From positions 1 through 64,000 of the IMG/VR virus record IMGVR_UViG_3300031726_000433: DNA of 64,000 nt; one strand, written 5' to 3'. The stretch comes from a virus. Shown here piece after piece: positions 1 to 5,509 of the stretch (position 1 is the first letter of the stretch; each line of letters starts with the position of its first letter). Below the pieces are notes generated by a model. That model did no database searches. It had not been told where the DNA came from and saw only the letters and a list, made by a program, of their open reading frames with translations. Both the position numbers and the translations under genes were made by a program.

Positions 1-1
1 T

Positions 2-286
2 GATTTGAATGATCACGGCTATAAGTCACTGGCTAGTGATAAAGATGGTTACATTCAAAGATCAATGACGCAGTTTAGTCGACCATATGAATTGGATGGA
101 AGAGATGTCGTAGAAGATATGGTTCAATTTCTCCCCGCGGAGAAAAGACCTGGTCAAGTTATTGTTCATAGTTGGAATCCATCTGGAGCACAAGAGATGA
201 TGAAAATGCTTAAGGATGCCGGATTCAATGCGATTCGCTGGGTCTTCAATCCTAAGGATAATCTAAAGGCAAATGGCACATCATAA
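2..286 (+). CDS. 5'-truncated receiver-like protein (cyclic-phosphate-processing REC family-like)
   Basis: Frame is open from the window edge; (H)DL...DGRDVV...VIVHSWNPSGAQEM matches the DHDL...G.DV...HS.N..GA..M pattern of phage stand-alone receiver domains. Confidence 0.55.
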   Translation, partial: DLNDHGYKSLASDKDGYIQRSMTQFSRPYELDGRDVVEDMVQFLPAEKRPGQVIVHSWNPSGAQEMMKMLKDAGFNAIRWVFNPKDNLKANGTS

Positions 287-425
287 AAGAAAGAAACCAA
301 AACACCAGAGAGCTGGTTGTTTGATGTGTAAACCTTACAAAGATGAAAGAACAAAAGGTTCTAAGAACACCGAAAAACCAAGTGTAAGAAGAAAGTTGCA
401 GAAAGGAAAAGATGAAGATCTCTAA
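273..425 (+). CDS. small basic CxxC protein, 50 aa (below the ORF-track cutoff)
   Basis: ATG 273 to TAA 425 reads MAHHKRKKPKHQRAGCLMCKPYKDERTKGSKNTEKPSVRRKLQKGKDEDL; fills the gap and overlaps both neighbours by 14 nt. Confidence 0.7.
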   Translation: MAHHKRKKPKHQRAGCLMCKPYKDERTKGSKNTEKPSVRRKLQKGKDEDL

Positions 426-1050
426 CTCTGATCTTGTTTCATTTACAAAGGATGCTTTCCACAAGGCTAGCAATAATCAGTCAAAGCTTTCTCCTTTTGA
501 ATTGAACATTGAGGGTATGTCTGGAAATAAGGGTCGTCATCTTCTTAATAATCTCTGTTCCATTCCTCAGACAAGATATCTTGAAGTTGGTATGTGGAGA
601 GGTTCTACACTTTGCTCTGCAATCAAGGGAAATTCAGTTATTGCTACAGGCATTGATAATTGGTCAGAATTTGGCGGACCAATGGGTGAATGCAAGAGTA
701 ACGTAGAAAAGTGCAAGGGATCTTCTCAAGTTAAGATCATTGATCAAGATTGTTTCACAGTAGATAAGAGTTCACTCGATGGTCCTTATAATGTTTATTT
801 CTATGATGGTGGTCATTCTGAAATCGAACAATATAAGGCCATCACTTATTTTGATGAAGTTATGGCAGATTCATTTGTTCTTGTTGTAGATGATTGGATG
901 CAACTTGAAGTTGTTCGTGGTACACTGTTTGGTCTTAAGGATATGAAGTATGATATTCTTTGGGAGAATCATTGTAGGTCTGTTGATTTTAACAGAGCTG
1001 ATTGGTGGTGTGGTTTGTATCTTGCTGTTGTTTCAAAACATAAGGGCTAG
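412..1050 (+). CDS. class I SAM-dependent methyltransferase (Methyltransf_24-like)
   Basis: YLEVGMWRGST motif I, GIDNW, YFYDGGHS, VDDW. Confidence 0.85.
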   Translation: MKISNSDLVSFTKDAFHKASNNQSKLSPFELNIEGMSGNKGRHLLNNLCSIPQTRYLEVGMWRGSTLCSAIKGNSVIATGIDNWSEFGGPMGECKSNVEKCKGSSQVKIIDQDCFTVDKSSLDGPYNVYFYDGGHSEIEQYKAITYFDEVMADSFVLVVDDWMQLEVVRGTLFGLKDMKYDILWENHCRSVDFNRADWWCGLYLAVVSKHKG

Positions 1051-1414
1051 ACCTGGTTTCGACAGAGGACAGTGAAGAATAGAATGCGAGTCGTGGTTGA
1101 TCAGCTTGCCACGTAAAAAGCAGATCAAAAATAACAGTCAACGATAACGTTGAAGTCCCCGCTTGGATGATCTCGGCTAACGCCGCGGCACTCCAGGCTG
1201 CAGCCTAAAAAGTTGCAGGGAATGTTTTCTGGTGAATGTCTGAATAACCAGAAGGCACAAACTTTCAGACAAAAACTTTCAAAGGCGGGCCGTCACCCGG
1301 AGAGAGTTTGGTAAGAGACGGAGTTTGACCTAGCCTCGAGGGTAATAGAGGAAACACTCGTAGTATTTTGTTAATCATTTCTTTTGGACCGGAGTTCGAT
1401 TCTCCGCTAGTCCA
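1044..1414 (+). ncRNA. ssrA: tmRNA (one-piece), tag (A)VNDNVEVPAWMISANAAALQAAA at 1137-1208
   Basis: 5' GGGCTAG-ACCTGGTTTCGAC pairs with 3' CTAGTCC-A giving a G3:U Ala identity pair; T-arm CGGAG TTCGATT CTCCG; tag ORF after ATAACA ends ...QAAA-TAA. Confidence 0.95.
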
Positions 1415-1422
1415 AGTTTCAT

Positions 1423-1493
1423 ACACTCATTGTTCAATGGTAGAACATCTGCTTGACTCGCAGAATACAAAGGTTCGATTCCTTTTGAGTGTA
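1423..1493 (+). tRNA. tRNA-Val(GAC)
   Basis: ACACTCA/TGAGTGT acceptor, GTTC/GAAC D-stem, TCTGC-TTGACTC-GCAGA anticodon arm, AAAGG-TTCGATT-CCTTT T-arm. Confidence 0.85.
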
Positions 1494-1495
1494 CT

Positions 1496-1594
1496 CCATT
1501 AGTAGTTTAAAATTAACAAAAACAACGGACTCTGAATCCGGAGTTGAACTCCCAATCGGTCTAGAACGAGATGAAGAGATTGCCTAATGGACCA
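1496..1594 (+). ncRNA. tRNA-like RNA with Gln(CTG) anticodon arm but no D-loop GG and no TTC T-loop
   Basis: CCATTAG/CTAATGG acceptor then A-CCA; TA linker; GTTT/AAAC D-stem; ACGGA-CTCTGAA-TCCGG; 42-nt replacement of the variable/T region containing a CAATC/GATTG stem. Confidence 0.7.
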
Positions 1595-1597
1595 TTT

Positions 1598-1670
1598 GCT
1601 CTCATGGTGAAACTGGATATCACGTTAGTCTTCTAAACTTAAGTTGGGGGTTCGAGTCCCTCTGAGAGCA
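1598..1670 (+). tRNA. tRNA-Arg(TCT)
   Basis: GCTCTCA/TGAGAGC, GTGA-AACTGGATA-TCAC (A20), TTAGT-CTTCTAA-ACTTA, GGGGG-TTCGAGT-CCCTC. Confidence 0.92.
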
Positions 1671-1675
1671 TGTTG

Positions 1676-1684
1676 TGTTATAAT
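1676..1684 (+). promoter_or_regulatory. extended -10 promoter (TGnTATAAT), probably giving a leaderless mRNA
   Basis: TGTTATAAT ends 6 nt before ATG 1691; no SD sequence. Confidence 0.55.
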
Positions 1685-1690
1685 ACACAA

Positions 1691-2164
1691 ATGAGATACC
1701 AATACGATAACTGGACATGTGGACCCTGCGCTGTTATAAACGCCGCTGAAATTCTTGGTAGGAAGCTTGCTTTGAAGAGAGCAATCTCAGCTGCCAAGTC
1801 TAGTAACAGCAAAGGAACATCTTCAAAGGGAATCGAAAGAGCAGTTAAGGCTGCTGGACTTCAATGTGAGAAATTCAAAGGTAATCATACTCTTCTGTTT
1901 AAGAAGACTTGGAAGCACTCCAGAAAAGAAAAACTGAGAGCGTGTTTCAATCAAGTTCTTTTTTCTGTCAAATCAGAACCTGTTATAATTTGTGTTCAAA
2001 ATGATTCTCATTGGGTTACTGCTGTCGGAACGATAAACGATAAGATTCTTGTATTTGATCCAGTCGATGGGTTATATCTTATCTCAGAACAAACATTTGA
2101 AGGTTTGATTGGAAAGCACGTAAAAACATTCATAGGTATCAGAGTTCATAAGCCCTCATGGTGA
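1691..2164 (+). CDS. C39-family cysteine peptidase
   Basis: Q...TCGPCA (catalytic Cys), SHWVT (His), VFDP (Asp); start moved from 1670, which lies in the tRNA, to ATG 1691. Confidence 0.8.
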   Translation: MRYQYDNWTCGPCAVINAAEILGRKLALKRAISAAKSSNSKGTSSKGIERAVKAAGLQCEKFKGNHTLLFKKTWKHSRKEKLRACFNQVLFSVKSEPVIICVQNDSHWVTAVGTINDKILVFDPVDGLYLISEQTFEGLIGKHVKTFIGIRVHKPSW

Positions 2165-2178
2165 AACTGGACATCACG
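2152..2178 (+). pseudogene. 5' remnant of a tRNA-Arg (acceptor 5' strand plus D-arm)
   Basis: GCCCTCATGGTGAAACTGGACATCACG is 25/27 identical to 1598-1624; no anticodon arm, T-arm or matching 3' strand follows. Confidence 0.75.
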
Positions 2179-2677
2179 GATTTCTTATTTGTAAAGAACC
2201 GTTATCAAATTCCCAGTGACAATTTGGACAAAGTAGAATAACATTCTTGTCATCATTTATTTCTCTTACAGTAGTTGAACCAGTTGTTTTTGATATTGCT
2301 ATTATATGAGCACATTCTACATGCTTTGAATAACCACATATTCCACATATTTGCTGTTTATTTCGTTTCGAATTTCTTGCCAATTGTCTGATTTCAGAAT
2401 ACCACCATGATCTGTGAATACCTGACTCTCTATATTTTTCTTTCAACTCATCAAGGGTCAAATTTAAAAACTTATCCTTATCTTTAAAGAATTGGTCTAA
2501 ACATTGTGGACATCTTTCCTTTATTATCTCTTTTGGATGAAGCTTTTTCTTGCAAATTCTACATGCTCTTTTATTTGCTTTTCTCTTTGGATTTATACTA
2601 TTGTTAAATGAATTTGCGCAAGATATTGAACAGAACTTCTTGTTCTTTGTTTCAGCATTGCATAATGTACAATTCAT
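2174..2677 (-). mobile_element. free-standing HNH homing endonuclease
   Basis: N-terminal CxxC..KFCxxxC finger; CGICG...ECAHII...N...NVILLCPNCHWEFD; the only credible minus-strand gene. Confidence 0.85.
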
Positions 2678-2754
2678 GTTGTCGTATACCCTCAGTTTCC
2701 TAAACTGGTGAAAGGTTAATTGGATTCATGTGAGTTCGAGTCTCACCGACAATA
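2678..2754 (+). tRNA. atypical tRNA-Arg(CCT) with rewired D-arm
   Basis: GTTGTCG/CGACAAT acceptor, 7-nt linker TATACCC, TCAGT-TTCCTAA-ACTGG, 21-nt variable region containing GGTT-AATTGGA, GTGAG-TTCGAGT-CTCAC T-arm. Confidence 0.8.
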
Positions 2755-2767
2755 AGTAGAAAGTGTA

Positions 2768-2796
2768 TGTACTTTCGGCTTGAATATTGTTAAAAT
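2768..2796 (+). promoter_or_regulatory. sigma70-like promoter TGTACT-17-TAAAAT with extended -10
   Basis: Same TGTAC-N17-TAnnnT layout recurs at 3706-3734; AAGGA SD before ATG 2816. Confidence 0.5.
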
Positions 2797-2815
2797 TTAA
2801 TCAAAGGAAAACAAA

Positions 2816-3619
2816 ATGACTGTAATTTTGAACAAGACTGGATTTTTTCTAAATTCAAGCAAGAAGAACAAGAAGACAAAAGAATGGGAATCTTTCTCAA
2901 AGAAGATTAATACAAAATCTAGCATTGAACTTTTGACATACTGGAAACATGAGATCAAAATTGGTAATGGCGTTTTAACTGGTGATTTCTTTCACATTCT
3001 CGAAGACATGGATTCTGCTCTTCTTACAACGATTGAGATGTTGACTGATTCGAACTGGAAGAAAAATCTTGTTGGTTGGAAGGATCCTGTCGAAGTTAAA
3101 GATCCTCTTGATTTCGTAGAAGTTTACAAGTATGTCGATATATCAAACCACCACGATCTTGATAATCCAGATTTTGAAATCTATCCTTCTTGTCACGGAA
3201 TTGGTAAACCGTGGGAAGGTGAGTCAATGAATGGTGTTTCTGAAGAAGATAGAAAACGATGTAATACATATGCTATAGAATTTCTTCAGTGGAAAGAGTT
3301 GAGAGCCATTCCTCTTCGTATCGCTCCAAAGATGCAGTTCGGAGAGATCGTTTGGAAGAAAGGTAAGAAGACAAAAGAAAGCGATGATGGTCTCGGAAAG
3401 CTATTTAAGAAGTGGAAGATGAATATTCCTCCGAGAGATATCGACAAGAGGGTTACTAGAGAATTTAACTACACTCTTTCAGTAGGCGAATTTTTTGAGG
3501 GAATCGCTGGTGAACTTTGTTTCTTTAGTACACCAGAGAATAGAAAGCAGCAGATGGACGTTTTGAATGAAAGAGTTGAATCTGTAGAAAAAGATGTTAA
3601 GAAAGGTAAGTATAAGTAA
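2816..3619 (+). CDS. hypothetical protein
   Basis: 267-aa ORF with SD and upstream promoter; no recognisable motif. Confidence 0.8.
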   Translation: MTVILNKTGFFLNSSKKNKKTKEWESFSKKINTKSSIELLTYWKHEIKIGNGVLTGDFFHILEDMDSALLTTIEMLTDSNWKKNLVGWKDPVEVKDPLDFVEVYKYVDISNHHDLDNPDFEIYPSCHGIGKPWEGESMNGVSEEDRKRCNTYAIEFLQWKELRAIPLRIAPKMQFGEIVWKKGKKTKESDDGLGKLFKKWKMNIPPRDIDKRVTREFNYTLSVGEFFEGIAGELCFFSTPENRKQQMDVLNERVESVEKDVKKGKYK

Positions 3620-3629
3620 GAAGATTTGT

Positions 3630-3700
3630 TGCCCCATAATGTAATGGTAGCATGAAACATTCTGAATGTTTTCGTTCGGGTTCGAGTCCTGATGGGGCTG
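3630..3700 (+). tRNA. tRNA-Gln(CTG)
   Basis: TGCCCCA/TGGGGCT, ATGT/GCAT, AAACA-TTCTGAA-TGTTT, TCGGG-TTCGAGT-CCTGA. Confidence 0.9.
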
Positions 3701-3705
3701 AGAGA

Positions 3706-3734
3706 TGTACAAATAGAAGTTGTTGTTATATATT
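3706..3734 (+). promoter_or_regulatory. sigma70-like promoter TGTACA-17-TATATT upstream of tRNA-Gly
   Basis: 17-nt spacing; ends 12 nt before the tRNA 5' end. Confidence 0.5.
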
Positions 3735-3746
3735 AGTAAAGTGATT

Positions 3747-3817
3747 GCGGGTATAGTATAGAGGCAATACGTCATCCTTCCACGTTGAAATCATCGGTTC
3801 GATCCCGATTACCCGCT
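3747..3817 (+). tRNA. tRNA-Gly(TCC)
   Basis: GCGGGTA/TACCCGC-T, GTAT/ATAC, TCATC-CTTCCAC-GTTGA, ATCGG-TTCGATC-CCGAT. Confidence 0.92.
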
Positions 3818-3818
3818 C

Positions 3819-4406
3819 ATGAAGAATGTTTTAGAAGAATTGCAGGTTCCAGAAGGACCGAGTTGGCCGTCAAGGTTAGCTGCAGCTCTTCTTACAAAGT
3901 TGGGCAAGTTAAAAGTAATAGAGATAGGAACTGCGTATGGTAATCACTTAAAAACGTATGGTCATCTTGCCAGTAGAATCGTTTGTATAGATCCAATGTA
4001 TGATTGGGTTCCTGACATCACAGAGAATGATGGATTCGATTCACAAAAAGTTGATCAAAGAAAAATTGCCGTCTGGCATCAAAACGCACTCGAGTGTGGA
4101 AATCACATAGAATTGATCACTGGAAATTCGTATATTTCCCATGAGTCAAATGTTCTAAATGAATCTTTTGAAATATTGTTAATTGATGGGTGCCATCATC
4201 CAGCTTCAGAAGTTGTTAAGGATTATAAACTTTACTTAAAACATTTGACGAATCCTCACTACGTCGTTTGGGATGATCTTAGAGAAAGTGATATAAAAGA
4301 AGCAGTAAGACTTCAAAAAATTTTTCTAGAAGAACAAGGTTTAAAGGTAGAAGAAAAAAGTTTCAATTCTGGCGCAGAAGCATTATTGCAGTTTATTTCA
4401 AAGTAA
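3819..4406 (+). CDS. class I SAM-dependent methyltransferase (Methyltransf_24-like)
   Basis: VIEIGTAYG, CIDP, LIDGCHH, VWDD. Confidence 0.8.
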   Translation: MKNVLEELQVPEGPSWPSRLAAALLTKLGKLKVIEIGTAYGNHLKTYGHLASRIVCIDPMYDWVPDITENDGFDSQKVDQRKIAVWHQNALECGNHIELITGNSYISHESNVLNESFEILLIDGCHHPASEVVKDYKLYLKHLTNPHYVVWDDLRESDIKEAVRLQKIFLEEQGLKVEEKSFNSGAEALLQFISK

Positions 4407-4407
4407 C

Positions 4408-4491
4408 GCTCCTTTCCCATAGTGGTCTAGTGGACTGGTTTTGTAAACCAGCGGGGAAACCCAAACGTCGGTTCGAATCCGACAGGGAGCT
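4408..4491 (+). tRNA. tRNA-Thr(TGT) with long variable arm
   Basis: GCTCCTT/AGGGAGC, CCAT/GTGG, CTGGT-TTTGTAA-ACCAG, variable CGGGGAAACCCAAAC, GTCGG-TTCGAAT-CCGAC. Confidence 0.85.
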
Positions 4492-4613
4492 TTAGAAGAA
4501 GCTCAACTTTTTAAGGGCACTCGAAGGTGTCGGAGTGATTTAAAATAAAATACCTATAACCTGGCATACTTAAGCCAAAGTGAGTACAGAAGCTCACCGA
4601 GGAGATCAAGAGT

Positions 4614-5174
4614 ATGTCAGATTTCACACAGGCTATAGTGGTTGTATTAAGGAATGAAGGTGGTTGGGTGGATAACCCAAAGGATCCAGGTGGCGAAACA
4701 GCGTGGGGCATTTCGACTCTGATAATCAATCAATCTAAGATTACCAATGAAGAACTTGGTTTCACTGCCGGAGTTGATCCAGTCGTTGATAATAGACAAC
4801 CTGGTTGGTTAAAGAAACTTTCCGTAGATGGAGCTAAAGCAATCTATAAGAAGCTTTTCTGGGATAAGTTTCATTACGAGAATATTCTTGATCAAAGAGT
4901 TGCTACAAAGATCTTTGACTGTGGAATTAATTGCGGACCTAAGAGAGCTCACATCATGGCTCAGAAGGCTGCAAATGTCTTGGGACAAGGACTGGTTGTA
5001 GATGGCATTCTTGGTCCTCATTCTATGTCAAGTATAAACGTTTGTGATCCTGATAAGTTTCTTCAAGCAATGTGTGAAGAAATGAAAAAGTATTATATCG
5101 CAATTTCAACATCAAATCCAACCCTGAAGGTATTCTTGAAAAATTGGCTTTACAGAGCTTCATGGGTAGGATAA
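4614..5174 (+). CDS. GH108 lysozyme (endolysin) with C-terminal peptidoglycan-binding domain
   Basis: NEGGWVDNPKDPGGETAWGIS, IFDCGINCG, VDGILGP, FLKNWLYRA; SD GAGGAG. Confidence 0.92.
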   Translation: MSDFTQAIVVVLRNEGGWVDNPKDPGGETAWGISTLIINQSKITNEELGFTAGVDPVVDNRQPGWLKKLSVDGAKAIYKKLFWDKFHYENILDQRVATKIFDCGINCGPKRAHIMAQKAANVLGQGLVVDGILGPHSMSSINVCDPDKFLQAMCEEMKKYYIAISTSNPTLKVFLKNWLYRASWVG

Positions 5175-5245
5175 GCTTCTATAGCTTGAAGGTCAAGCAC
5201 TTCCTTGGTACGGAAGAGTCAAGAGTTCGATTCTCTTTGGAAGCA
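5175..5245 (+). tRNA. tRNA-Thr(GGT)
   Basis: GCTTCTA/TGGAAGC, GCTT/AAGC, CTTCC-TTGGTAC-GGAAG, AAGAG-TTCGATT-CTCTT. Confidence 0.92.
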
Positions 5246-5246
5246 C

Positions 5247-5314
5247 TGCAGCGAGCTAGGAGTAAGCCGACTCTCATAAGGTTGTGCTCAAGGGTTCGAG
5301 TCCCTTCGTTGCAA
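5247..5314 (+). tRNA. tRNA-CAT (Met/fMet/Ile2 unresolved) with shortened D-arm
   Basis: TGCAGCG/CGTTGCA-A, only 14 nt between acceptor and anticodon stems, CGACT-CTCATAA-GGTTG, AAGGG-TTCGAGT-CCCTT. Confidence 0.8.
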
Positions 5315-5317
5315 CAT

Positions 5318-5401
5318 GGAGTATAAGCCGTGAACTGGGTCACGAGTGGTTTGCTAATCCATGACCGAAAGGTCAGCAGGGTTCGATTCCCTGATACTCC
5401 T
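5318..5401 (+). tRNA. tRNA-Ser(GCT)
   Basis: GGAGTAT/ATACTCC, GTGGT-TTGCTAA-TCCAT, variable arm GACC-GAAA-GGTC, CAGGG-TTCGATT-CCCTG. Confidence 0.88.
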
Positions 5402-5404
5402 TAC

Positions 5405-5475
5405 GCTTTCTTCGTATAGTGGCAATACGCTAGTTTCGTAAACTAGTTACCTGAGTTCGATTCTCAGAGAAAGCA
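5405..5475 (+). tRNA. tRNA-Thr(CGT)
   Basis: GCTTTCT/AGAAAGC, GTAT/ATAC, CTAGT-TTCGTAA-ACTAG, CTGAG-TTCGATT-CTCAG. Confidence 0.92.
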
Positions 5476-5509
5476 AACCCCCGTCAACTATTCATTCGGA
5501 TTTCCGAAT

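Noticed and set aside
2152-2754. Single tRNA-Arg split by an HNH-containing intron (5' half at 2152, 3' half at 2692)
   Set aside because: The 3' acceptor strand CGACAAT pairs with GTTGTCG at 2678, not with GCCCTCA at 2152; no group I intron core is visible and the HNH ORF fills the whole interval on the opposite strand
4408-4491. tRNA-Tyr(GTA), suggested by the long variable arm and the GTAAA sequence
   Set aside because: The only 5-bp stem (CTGGT/ACCAG) centres TGT in a 7-nt loop, and the acceptor has Thr-type G1-C72/C2-G71
4525-4600. Riboswitch upstream of the endolysin
   Set aside because: Hairpins are present but I recognise no conserved aptamer core; kept only as a possible structured leader
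5144-5326. 60-aa ORF, and similar ORFs at 3479-3775 and 4511-4729
   Set aside because: They overlap tRNA genes or real CDSs and have no RBS or motif; chance frames
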